Origin: Vitrella brassicaformis CCMP3155
Lineage: Eukaryota; Protista; Chromerida
Direction: 5' to 3'
Length of the DNA: 64,000 nt
NCBI GenBank assembly: GCA_001179505.1
Contig: CDMY01000405.1
Span: forward strand, 62,001 to 126,000
Below, in pieces: positions 11,659 to 23,511 of the stretch. The position numbers were made by a program, and so were the translations under genes. Below the pieces are notes generated by a model that saw only the letters and a list, made by a program, of their open reading frames with translations, was not told the DNA's origin and did no database searches. Position 1 is the stretch's first letter, and each line of letters opens with the position of its first letter.

Positions 11659-14600
11659 ATGTCGGCGTTTGAGGAGCTTGGGATGTGTCCCGAGATCATC
11701 CGAGCGGTGCAGGAAGACGACTGGCTCCTGCCCACGCCCGTGCAGGCCGAAGCCGTCCCACTCATACTCGGCGTGAGTGATGGATGCATTGCACACTCGA
11801 CATCAATCATCGGACCTTTCTTCGTGTCGATCAATGCATCTGCCTGCGTGTGATCAACGTACAGGGTGGAGATGTGTGTGCTGCAGCTGAAACGGGCAGC
11901 GGCAAGACGGGCGCATTCGGCTTGCCGTGTCTGCAGATCGTCCATGAGGCCCTCCGCAACAAGGCCATCACATCCATCAGTGAAGCCAGGGCAGCCGGCG
12001 GAGGTCAGCCATCCCATACAGACAGTCAGTATCCGTGTTGTCCTCTCCTCTCCATGCCACGGATGGCGTCGATCAATCCATCAGGTGCCGCTGGGTCAGT
12101 GTCGGTTCGGTTGAGTGTGGACGACAAGGATCCGTATGTGTTGGTGACTGAGGACGGGCTGGAGGCCAAGTCGGACGACGAGAGGAGGTGGAACGGCATA
12201 AGGGGGACCGTCGAGATACTCAACGGCAAATACCAGGTACGGGTGGGCGGAGATGAGATGGGTGTCTGTGTGATGTGCACACACACGCAGTCTATGTGTC
12301 TGTCTATGTATGTGTCGGTATGTCCGTTTGTCATGTGTGCCAGTATGAGGTGGAGATCACGACGGAGGGTCTGGTGAGGGTGGGCTGGGCGACCAGCATC
12401 GCGGGCCTGGAGCTGGGCAAAGACGACAAGTCATTCGGATACGGCGGCACCGGCAAGAAGAGCTGGAACAGGTCAGCTCAGCTCAGCTCAGCTCACTGGT
12501 GGCGGCCATGCACAGTCAGGAAGCAATGACAGGACAGTGCAGCCATCTCTCCATCTGTCTCTCGCTCTGTGTCTGTGTGTGTGTGTGGTTTGGCAGGTCG
12601 TTTGAGGACTACGGCGGGCCCTTTGGGAAGGGCGATGTGATAGGCATGCTCCTCGACAGGGACGCCCAGACGGTCGCCTACACCAAGAACGGCAACCACC
12701 TCGGCATTGCCTACAACATCCCCCCTCAGCTGCACCACACCCCTCTCAAGCCTGGCGTCTGCGGCAAGAAATTCCAGGTGAGTGAGGATAGATACCACAC
12801 AGATGCATCACAGATGGACGACAAGACACCAACCCAAGAAAGACATCTTTCTTCCTTTGGTTCTTTATTGCCTGGCTGCCTAGGTTCGTTGTGTGTTTGA
12901 CGCGCTGTCGTACCCCGTGGCTGGCTACACGCCCCTGGCCCAGATAGACCCCTCACACACGACCGAGGGGCTGGCGATGGGGATGGACACGGCCGGCAAG
13001 GGGGCGAGGCCGCCGCTCTGCCTCATACTCGAACCCACACGAGATCTCGCAGACCAGACCTACAAGTGCATGAAGCTCTTCGGTAGACGTCAGACAGACA
13101 CACAGACAGACAGAGTGAGACAGAGATTGTGATGTACACGTGTGTGTCTGTCTGTTGATGTGTTGTTTTGTTTTTCTGTGGTGTGTGGTGGTGTTGTGTT
13201 GTGCAGGCAAGTATCTCGACGCGCCGGCCCCCCGTATCGGTCTGTTTGTGGGCGGCATCGACGAGAAGAAACAACGGGAAGACCTGCAGAAAGGGGTCGG
13301 GTCAGACACCACAACAGCACAGACAGACAGACAGACAGACAGACAAGCGAGCACGTCTCGTCTCGTCTCGTCTCGCCTCAAGCCCCCGCCCCCCCCTCAC
13401 CGCCCCGCACCCCTTCAGGTGGACATATGTGTTGGGACTCTGATGAAGACGATGGACTACGTCCGTCGGGGCCAGCTGGACGTCTCAGGCCTCAAGTTCC
13501 TCGTCCTCGACGAGGCCGACGACCTCATGAAGAACGACGACCGGCGGGACATCCCCAAGCTCAAGAAGATGGCCCAGGAGAGGCAGAAGACCCGAGTGCA
13601 GACCCTCTTCTTCTCGGCCACGCTGCACTCGCCAGAGGTGCGGCAGGCCATCGAGAGCATCACCGTCAGGCCAACCTGGGTGGACCTCAAGGGGCGGCCG
13701 TCCATTCCCGACACTGTCCACTTTGTGGCCTACACGATCGACCCTAACAAGGTGGTGGGCGAAATGAATGGACTACTGGCTGTGGTGTGTGTGTGTGTCA
13801 CTTTCATGTGTGTTGGGTCTTCTGTGTGTGTGTGTGTGTGTGTGTGTGTAGGGTCTTGCGTTTCGGCCAGTGAACGAGGCTGTGCGGCCGACGACAGACG
13901 GTGTGCACGCCCGCGACCCGCCGTCAGGGCCGCTGGGGTGCTCACAGCAGATCAAAGAGATGAAGCCACAGGTAATTACCGAGTGAACGAGATGGAACCC
14001 ATGATGACAGGTACCATATGCAACCTGTGTCGTGGGTGTGCAGGTGTTGGTGAAGCTTGCTGATACGTTCAAGATGGAGAGTTGTCTGGTCTTCTGCCGC
14101 ACCAACGTCGACTGCGACAACCTCGAGAAATTCCTCAACTCTCTCGGAGGCGGCAGGGGATTCGCAGGTACGCGCGATTGCACCGACTGACATGCAGAGG
14201 CGCCTGCCTGCCGACTGATGGATGGATGATGGATGGATGGATGTGTGTGTGTGTGTGAGTGAGCGTAGGCAAGGCTGAGTCTGGCAAGGAGAACCCCTAT
14301 TCGTGTGTGGTGCTGGCCGGCATGAGGGACCAGCAGGAACGACAGAGGAACCTCGCGGTCAGTTACCAGGCCACTGGCCACACGCACATCGGTCACTCCG
14401 CGCCACCCACCGTGTTTGTCCGTCTGTCTCTGTGCGTATTTGCAGCACTTCAAGGCAGGTGATGTGCGTTTCTTGATTGCCACCGACGTGGCGGCGAGGG
14501 GCATCGACATCAGGGTACGTTGGAATATGGGCATAGCGGAATACACACACCAGCAGAGCAGAGCAGCAGCCGACAGACGGGTGTGACCATTGCGCCTCTC

Positions 14601-15728
14601 CCTCCCCCAGGAGCTGCCCTTCTTGGTGATGCTGACGCTGCCCGACGACCCCAACCAGTTCTTCCATCGCGTCGGTCAGTCATCAAGCCAGCAGAGACAA
14701 CACGAGAAACCTCTCCCATGTGTCACTCTGTGTGTGTGTGTGTGTGTGTGTGCAGGTCGTGTGGGCCGAGCTGACCGGATGGGCCTCGCCATTTCTATCG
14801 TCGCCACCGAGAAGGAGAAAGTCTGGTCGGTTCGCCCGATGGATACGGCAGACACCGAGCCACACACACACACACACACACACGTTGTTTGCCTGTGTGC
14901 AGGTACCACAAGTGCCCCAACAGGGGTCGAGGATGCACCAACACCAAGCTGGTGGAAGAGGTAGGTACCCACATACGCGCAGGATGGGCGGCGTGTAAAT
15001 GGTGCTGGGTGGTCTGGTCTGACCTCATCAGGGTGGGTGCACCATTTGGTACGACGAGCCCACATACCTCAAGGGTCAGTCGGTCAAGCCGCCTCATATG
15101 CCTACGATCAATCTACCGACCATCCCTCCCTCCCTCCGTCCTTGGTGTGTCCGTTGTGCAGAGATCGAGGAGCGAGTGGGTCAGAGGATCGCCGCCATGC
15201 ACCCCAGCAACTTCTCCGTCAAGGGCGTACTCGACCCACTCGGCGCCGAACAAGCGCACCACAAAGATGGTCCGCCTGTCGGCATGAGCGGCTTCTCATT
15301 GACCAACAGACACTCTCAGCTCTATGCCTGTGTGTGTGGTGGTGCAGATGGCCGTTCCAAGCGTCACAAGAAGGAGCACGTGAGCGCACCGGTGGCCGGA
15401 CAGGCCGGTGAGTGAGTGAAGCGAGTCAAGTCAAGGCCGGCGACACACAGCCATACACACATGGCTTTGGACGCTCGTGTGTGTGTGTGTGTGTGTGTAA
15501 AGGCGGCATGTTGATGTACGGCAAGATGAAGGACGACCAGAACACCAAAGCCACACTCAAGCACCTGCAGGTCAGCCGGTCGGCCGTCACGACTCCTTCA
15601 TGTGCTCAGCCGTGTTGTTTGTGATCTCTGTCTGTCTGCAGGAGTTGTCGCCAGCAGTGGGCGAGCTGCAGCAGCTGGAACGAGTCATACAGCAGAGATA
15701 CGTCACTCTCGCCGGCAAAGGAATCTGA
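11659..15728 (+). CDS. DDX1: DEAD-box RNA helicase DDX1 with SPRY insertion (multi-exon)
   Basis: [54 protein letters not shown]-type segment (GLVRVGWAT...[11 protein letters not shown]...[12 protein letters not shown]), [28 protein letters not shown] and HRVG|[13 protein letters not shown]. Stop at 15726-15728. Confidence 0.95.
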
Positions 15729-16087
15729 TGGACAGATGCATTGCATGGAGGCCCAGGCAGCAGAAGGATCTATTTGTCGTGTGTGTGCGGTTGGCCATCC
15801 ATGACGCGTGCGTGTCGCTTTATTAATTATCGATAATGTAAGCATCCGAGCGTCTGTCAACATCCATGGTGACAAGAACGTTGATTGAAACGCATTATTT
15901 GTGTCAATAATGTCCGACAGACAGGGCCCATAAAAGGCCCGCACAATCGCCCTCACTGTCATTGACATCCATCCTCCCACTGGGAAAAACCAAACCACTG
16001 ACTCACTGCACTGGCACACCACCACGACAAACCACTCACTCATTGACCACACACCCCACACCCACACGCCAAGTCATCGACCCTATC

Positions 16088-19000
16088 TTATCTGTATTCC
16101 ACCTGCCGCTCTGCAGCGGCCGTGCCCTCCCCTTCCCCCTCGTCGACCTCCCACCGCCAGCCGCCCTCCGGCCCACCAGGCAAATCGTCAGCCCCCTGCC
16201 ACTGCAGCATGCCCCTCCTCTCATCGCCGTTGACCCGAACGAGCATCTCGTCATCGTACAGGTGCATCAGGTCCTCGTCTTCATCCTCAAACCACGATGA
16301 GCCCCTCCCGCTGCGCGTCCGCCCCAAGGGGAGGGTCTCCAGTTGTTGGTCTGTGTCTTCTGTCGGCCACCGACCGGCAGGTATTCCGACAGGCCCCCGC
16401 TGCTGAGGCTGTGGTGGCCGTGGTGGCTTCCGCGACATCATCTCCTCGCCCATCTGCTGCAGGACGACCTCAGCTGCAGCACTGTAGATGTCGTCATAGG
16501 CTCGGTCAAAGGAAGTCGTCTCGCGATTGGCAAGAGCATCAACCCTATCAGCCGCATCTCCGTCAGGGAAGCGGTCGGCCTCCATTGGTGAGTGCGGTCC
16601 AGTCCAGAAGGGCAGAGAAGGTTGGGAAGGCCGGCCGTCTCGTTCCATTATCATCCCCTGCACAAGAACCTCATCCACGTCAGCCGGCTCGAAGGCCGGC
16701 AGAAGCGGGTGGTCATCTGAGTCAGTAGTGGGCGAAGGTTGAGGTGGGTGGGGAGGGGCAGAGGAAGCAGCGACAGTTCTCTTGACAACGGGCGGGAGAT
16801 CCAAGCCGAGCTCCTCGATGTCGTAATCCTCCTCCTCTCGGATGGCCTCATCGTCCGCCTCGCCGCCCTCTTGACCCCCACCAGCTCTCTTCCGTGCGGC
16901 GACTGCAGTCTCCGTCTCGAATGGGTGCGGGTTGCCTTTGCTGAGCTCCTGCTCGACGACGGCGTCCATCACTCCACTCAGGTCGACTCTGTGCTCCGCC
17001 ACCCGGCTGACCACGATGGGCTCCGTACGGACGCCAGAGACATCGACGCCTGCACACCAAAGAGAACCGTGGTGGATACAGGCCAGGCATGTGTCGCCTG
17101 TGCTCACACACGTACCAGTGAAGAAGTCCACTGTCGCATCCGATGACGACAGGATCGCCCTGGCCGGCACGGAGGCCACCTCCCCCCCTGTACCTTGCCC
17201 CTCGACGCCCCCCGCACCCCGCCCCCTCCGTGCGCGCCTGAGGGGGACCTCGTCATCCAGCGCCATGCTGTAGATGCCGTCGCTGCCCACCAGGTCCTCA
17301 TCCTCTAGAGCCGCTGAGGGGGCGGGGGGCGACAGCGGCACGTCGATGGACCCGGATGACGGCTGCGAGAAGGGGGAGGGCGGGAAGAAGTCGGGAGGCT
17401 CGTCAAGGGCGGCCGCCGCCAGGGGCCGCTGAGGCAACACGTCAAAGTGGAGCTGACACAGACACAGAGGGATAGGTGGGTACGTTCCTTCACTGCTGAG
17501 CTGATTGATGTGTGGCCATTGGCGTATATTCATTGTGCTCTCTCTCTTTGGTATACTATGGCTACCGGTGGGTGTTTCCACTTGAGGACGCCCTCTGCCT
17601 CTTTCTCTTTCCGCACTGGCGGTGTGGGGATCTCCGTTGTGTCAGGGGTGGAGGGGGCCTCTCCTGGCGTGGCCATCGCCCACGGCACGGCAGCCATCAC
17701 GTCTGCAGCCGACGGACCGCTGTCACGGTCGCTGTCAACATTTTTGGTGCCGTTCCGTCGTGCAGGCTTCTTCTTGGGTGCAGGGCTCTCTGGTGGCTCC
17801 ATCCGGGCTGCCTGGCTCTTGGCGCTGACACAATGAGCGGCACACACAAACGAGTCAGATGAGTGAGTGTCTTGTGTGCTGGAAGGAGAATGACGAGTCT
17901 CGTGCGTCTGTGTCTTACAGCCGCTGCACAGTTGCTTTGTGGAAGGATGCGGGGTCCGTCGTGACCATGGCTTCGAAGCATGCTTGTGCTTCGAGCGGCA
18001 CTCGCTCCTCCGGGAGACGCCGCATGGCCACGGGTGGCAGCTGGTACATTGCACCCCTGCCGCCCTCTGTGGGCAGCCAAACCTGGGCAGAAACACACAC
18101 ACAGACAGAGAGGGAGATGGGCGCCAGTCTGAAGGCAGCCGGCTGTCTGCTTATTCCATCCTCGGTTCGGTCGCTCACATCTGCGAGAGGTTCGTCGCCG
18201 AGATGTGTGGCTTTGTCGAAGAGGCCGATGCTGCCCTTGTAGGCCTTGGACACGCTGTCCTGCGTCTCGACAATCTCCACATAGCACCCGCACTCCAGCT
18301 CAGAAAGGATGGCCTCGCCTACACGTTGGTTGACCAAACCAACGACACACAGAACTTGGTCTCTCTCACAGACTGCTGTGCGTGTGAACCGGCTTACCGT
18401 CTGACAGTATGGGGCCGTTTTCCACGAGTGCGAGAGTGGTCTCCATCTCATGGGCTGGCACCGGCTCTGGCTGCAGGAAGACATGGCTGCCCCTGATGAA
18501 GTAACAGAATCACACGCACACACGCACACAGGAATGGCATGTGATTCTCTCGTGTGGGTGGTTGTTGTTGTCTGTCTGTCTGTCTTACTGCGTCACATCT
18601 GTTCCCCTGGGCACCTCCCTCTGCTCCATGCCCACCACCTCACGAGCAAACCGCATCCGCAGCAACTCACGGTACACCTCAGGACTCATCAACGCCTTGA
18701 CGTACACCTGACACACAACACACAACACACACACTCTCATTCCATACGCAACGGTCGATCTCTCTCTGCGGACTTACCCGTCCCGGCTCGAACGCCTTGA
18801 GTTGCACTTTCGGTTTGCCCGTCGCCGGGAAGTTGACCCTGCCTCTCGTAGGATAGACGCAGTCAAAGACCCTCTCCTCCAGCAGACTGCCCTTGCGGGC
18901 CACCTCGGCAATGAGCGACTCGCGAAAGGAATTCTCCCGGTTGGCACCCACAGACACGCAATACCACTCCGGCTCGTCAGTGGTCGGGATGAATGGGCTC

Positions 19001-19293
19001 ATGCGGTTCAGAAGGGCGGTGTCGATGTAGTCGCCCTTCTGCTTGCGGGCCGAGAGCACTGACGGACGCCGCCGAGGGTCGCTGCTGAGCCGAGTCGGCG
19101 GGAAGGTGAACGCAGAGCGGCCAGCATGGTCTCTGTGAACGGTGTGCACAGGACCTCGCCGCGTCAGATGTCGCATCCGTGCGCCTCTGGAAGCCACCAT
19201 CCGCCCTTTATTGGTGAGGTCTGCGAGCACCAGCCGTCCGTGGCAGCAGATGATGAGGTGATGGATGAAGATGAGGGCGATGACTAGCAGCAT
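16088..19293 (-). CDS. nusG: Nucleus-encoded, predicted plastid-targeted NusG (NGN + KOW) with a long acidic C-terminal extension
   Basis: Signal peptide MLLVIALIFIHHLIICCHG followed by an Arg/Ser/Pro-rich transit-like region. NGN-like domain: EWYCVSVGANRENSFRESL...VFDCVYPT...KVQLKAFEPG|YVYVKALMSPEVYRELLRMRFAREVVG. KOW-like domain: LECGCYVEIVETQDSVSKAYKGSI. Terminal exon ~17450-16088 encodes ~450 acidic residues. Confidence 0.75.
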
Positions 19294-19702
19294 AAAGGGC
19301 GGCAATCCTGCTGAGAGGATCGGCAGCCACAGTGTGAGCGGATGCAGGATGGCTGGCGTTGGCCTCCTCCTGATGACTCCTGCGGAAGTCATCGATGCAC
19401 GCTGACTCAAACACGCCGCCTTTGATGTGCCGAATTCAGCATGATCCTCCCAGCAGATCTTGAACAGCTACGTTCACTGTACTCTGTCCTCACCATTTCG
19501 CTTCCTCTCCAGCTGGAGCCAAGGCGTCAAGCAAGGCATCCTCCGTTTTGAGCTCGCATGGCTAGAGGACATTTCGTGAAACCGCTCCCTAGCCAAGAGA
19601 ACACATCGTAAGGGGAAGGGAAGGGCGGAGGAGAGGCACGCCAGGTTCATCTTTGTACGTGTGAATGCATTTGCAGCCTTAATTCCACTCCACAGACAGC
19701 GA

Positions 19703-20227
19703 ATGTTCGGCCTGGTAGTGCCGAAGCGTCCCCTCCACACGTCGTTCGTGCAGGAGGGAGAGACCCGCTGGACCACAGACATCCCCAGTCCCCACTCCAT
19801 CGCCGAGTTCGTGATCTTCCTCATGCGAGCGCTTCCCAGCGACAGCCTCGGCGTGGGTGTCTACTGGAGCTTCCCGCCCTTCTCGTCGTGGGAGTTCATC
19901 GGTGTGCTAACCAACAGTCAGCCGAGTGAGCTGTTCGACACCGGCTGGGCTCTGAACCCAGAGGTGCGGGGGGTGCCGGTGGTGCGGCTGGGTCTGTCTG
20001 TTGAGGAGGCCGGGCCGCTGCTGGAGAAGCTGCAGACCAAGCCGCCACTCGACACTAAGCGGGAGTTCGCGCAGAAGGTGGCGTTGAATCTGTACCGGTT
20101 TATTGAGTCGTTCAACCAGGGCATGTCGGACGTGATACAGTGCCCGCAGGACGTGCTCGACAGGTGGTACAGGCGGTTCGAGTCCCGTGCTGCTGTCGAC
20201 CCACTGTTCGTCATGCGCACTGAGTGA
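19703..20227 (+). CDS. HIKESHI: Hikeshi/OPI10 (DUF775) family protein, single exon
   Basis: MFGLVVPKRP..., GVGVYWSFPPFSSWEFIGVLTNSQPSELF, LGLSVE, FAQKVALNLYRFIESF and LDRWYRRFE...DPLF are typical family motifs. Confidence 0.92.
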   Translation: MFGLVVPKRPLHTSFVQEGETRWTTDIPSPHSIAEFVIFLMRALPSDSLGVGVYWSFPPFSSWEFIGVLTNSQPSELFDTGWALNPEVRGVPVVRLGLSVEEAGPLLEKLQTKPPLDTKREFAQKVALNLYRFIESFNQGMSDVIQCPQDVLDRWYRRFESRAAVDPLFVMRTE

Positions 20228-20962
20228 CGGCAGAGGAGGGAGGGTGTGGTGTGCGTGCAGCTGTGTAGGGGGCGTGCCTGGCCTGGCTGGTAGATCCGAT
20301 GTCCGTGACGCGCACACAGTGACGAGGGAGGCAGACACAGACATAGATAGATAGACAGACAGACAGACGTGTGTGGGCGGGTCTCGTCGGGTCGGGTCGG
20401 GTGGGTATGTGGAGAGGTGGACCGACACCTGACTGACCTTTTATATCCTGTGCGCATCGTGTGCGTGTGCATGCGCCTGTAGATAGATAGCCCCGTAATG
20501 AATGGCCTTCTCGTTCGTTCGGACCGAACCAATGCTCGTCTCGCATCGGTGATGACTCTCAATGTCCTCGTGAGTATGTATCCCTGACGAACTACCCCGT
20601 GCTGCCCAGCCGCCCTCACCATCAACACACACCACACTAACCACCCAAGCACTCAGTTCCTGAAACATACAGGCAGGAAGGCGGTAGATAAGTCTCCTTA
20701 GAGCAGTGAATCTCACCCACCCAGACTAAAAACACCACAGCTCGAGCTTACGGCAGCGTATGTGTGCTGCGCGTGGCTGATCGAATCAACGACCGAAACA
20801 GAAAGACAGAAAAGCCCCCTCCTCTCCAACCCTCTCGTGGCCTTATGTTGTCGAAAAGTCAGTCAGTCAGTCAGTCGCTGCGTCTCGGATGCAGTGCACT
20901 CAGCCAGGCAGCAGCCCAGAGTCGGTCTGCCATGGCGGACGTCCATCAGGTCAATCCATCAA

Positions 20963-23160
20963 TCATTTGTTGATTTTGACGAGGTAGTACGAGTTGAGGG
21001 GGTGCTCGAACGGCAACACCTCAAAGTGACCAAACCCCGCTGCCCTCGCCATGCTCTCAGCCTGACACACGCACACACATACACACGGGGCCTGCACGCC
21101 CCCAATGTTGTGGTCGGCTCACCTTAGCCTGGTGGAATCCCAGGGTGCCGAGGGCCTCTCCGCCCTCCTCGCTCATCGCCGCTTGCAGACACAGAGCCAC
21201 AGAAAACGAATAGAGCATGGCGCCCTGCGGATGGGTGTAGTTGTCCGCGGCATGCGACGCGCCCTGCAGGTCGCTTATCAGCCACACGCCGTCTGGAGAG
21301 ATGCGCAGAAATGATGCCACCTGGAAGACGTGACGGGTGCCCAGCTGTCTGTGCGTACCGTACCTGGTTTGAGGGCGTTTCTGATGGCTTTGATGACCTC
21401 CGAGGGAAAGGTCATGTCGTGCACACAGTCGAACGTGCAGATGAGGTCATAGGTCGGCTCCAGGGGCAGCCGCTCAACTGTTGCATCCTTGAAGGCCACG
21501 TGGTCTGCCAATGGACACATGCAGCACGAACGAACAAACACGTGAGATGAAGGACATGCATGGGATATGATGAGTGCTCTGTGCGTGCGGACCCACCTTT
21601 GAGGCCCCACAATGCCTTCGTCTCGCTGGCCACTTTGAGAGCCTCCTGGCTCGTGTCGTAGCCGTCAAAGGTTGAGTTTGGGTAGCGACTGGCCATCACA
21701 CACAGCGCCTCGCCTGCACCGCAGCCAACATCAGCCACCTGACCTCACTCACACACATACCTCATAGGTCATAAGCTCTCACCCTTTCTGCCGCTCACCC
21801 ACCTTTGCCCCCTTATCGAGTCTGTCTTTGAGTCCGTCGACACTCTCGATCAGGCTTGGCAGCGACTGGCGGAACCACGGGGCGAAGAAGCTCTTGATGC
21901 CGCAGGCCACCTGTCGGCCATACGTGTCGTAGCACGGGCCGACCCCTGCACACACACAGTATCACACACGCGCCCACACACGCAGCACACCAAGGTGAGA
22001 AGAGGATGTGGTGTGCATGTCTGTGTTTCTGCCTGAGTGAGAGTGTGACCTGTGCGGAAAGTGTTGGCGAGCCTGTCTTTCAAGCAATAGAAGCGGGGCA
22101 AATACTGAAAATACCCAGCCATACACAACACACGAATCTCACTTATTGTCTGTGCCATCCCCNNNNNNNNNNNNNNNNNNNNNNNNNNNNNNNNNNNNNN
22201 NNNNNNNNNNNNNNNNNNNNNNNNNNNNNNNNNNNNNNNNNNNNNNNNNNNNNNNNNNNNNNNNNNNNNNNNNNNNNNNNNNNNNNNNNNNNNNNNNNNN
22301 NNNNNNNNNNNNNNNNNNNNNNNNNNNNNNNNNNNNNNNNNNNNNNNNNNNNNNNNNNNNNNNNNNNNNNNNNNNNNNNNNNNNNNNNNNNNNNNNNNNN
22401 NNNNNNNNNNNNNNNNNNNNNNNNNNNNNNNNNNNNNNNNNNNNNNNNNNNNNNNNNNNNNNCCCCCTCCCTCCCCCCCTCCATCCCTGCTCACCCACCG
22501 TGAATGCAGCGAGGATGTTAGCTGGCCCGCAGTCAGTGCCGGTCATGACCTGCTTTTGCCCCTCTGCAAGAAAGTACCGCACCTCGTCGGCTTCACCCCC
22601 CCGCCGATGTGAGACCAGCCGTCCACACACCATGGCGTGCAGCCACTCCCGCGTCATGCGCTCGTTGAGGCCGAGGGAAGCCGCCAACTCGGCCGATGTG
22701 GCGCCGGCACATTCGAAATCACCCAGCTTTGTGAAGAGGCCTGAGTGCATGCACCACAGGCCACACAGAGAGAGGGCATACAGGGCTGTGTCGTGCGTGT
22801 TCGTGTCCGTGTACCTAGCTCGATGCCGAGATGAATGTGCAGAGAAAGGAGGCCATCTCTGGCACAATCGGCACACCGCACCGCATTGCAGCAATGCATG
22901 CGCCAGCTGCTTCTGTGATTGATTGCTCACGTGAGGATGTCTTTGAGCTTCAGCGTGTAGTCCTCGGCCAGCTGCGCCGCCACTGGCACCTGCTCCCTCG
23001 GTGCTGGCGGTATGCGCTGCAATGAATTCATCTGGCTCAAAGATGCGGGCAGGGACGAGCTGGTCAAATAGACAGGGGGTAAGGTGGGAAGGGAGAGATA
23101 TCAAGGAGAGCGCAGATCTACCAAAGCCAGGAAGGGCGATGTTTGCCTCTCTCCCTGCAT
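20963..23160 (-). CDS. Class I SAM-dependent methyltransferase with N-terminal winged helix (Rv2258c-like); one intron contains the N gap
   Basis: GLFTKL...ATSAELAASLGLNERMTREWL (wHTH), VADVGCGAGEA (motif I), STFDGYDTSQEAL, YDLICTFDCVHDMTFP...IRNALKPG, HPQGAMLYSFSVALCLQAAMSEEGGEALGTLG and AGFGHFEVLPFEHPLNSYY. Stop at 20963-20965. Confidence 0.85.
22163..22462. other. Assembly gap (300 N)
   Basis: Run of N bases. Confidence 1.
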
Positions 23161-23511
23161 CCTCTCCAGACGAAGTTTAGTGGAGGCTGGGCTCTAGCGC
23201 AAACCATTCTCAGCGCGCGAGGGAGCTTGACGCACGAGTCTCGTTAAACACAATAACCAACCAACCAACCGACGCGTGGCTTATGTCGGCGGCCTTCACT
23301 GCGTCGTTTGTTACGTGACGACGCCTGACGAGTGATGAATGAGGCGATGCTTACTGCATCCACCGCCTGCCACAATACGACGCCGCTGACATGATGCAGA
23401 ACCGGGTGGGTGAACCCGGTGAAGAGCACAGTGCACTGGCCTGCCTGCCTACACATCCTTCTGGTGCTGTTTCATTCAGTTCAGGTTGCCGGGCTTCGCT
23501 CCTCAGCGGGC

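Noticed and set aside
4261-19293. Possible plastid-transcription gene cluster (SET protein plus NusG)
   Set aside because: The genes are ~10 kb apart and separated by unrelated genes, and the SET protein is not demonstrably pTAC14-like.
22139-22503. ORFs containing long X runs (also 28096-29244)
   Set aside because: Artefacts of reading through N gaps.
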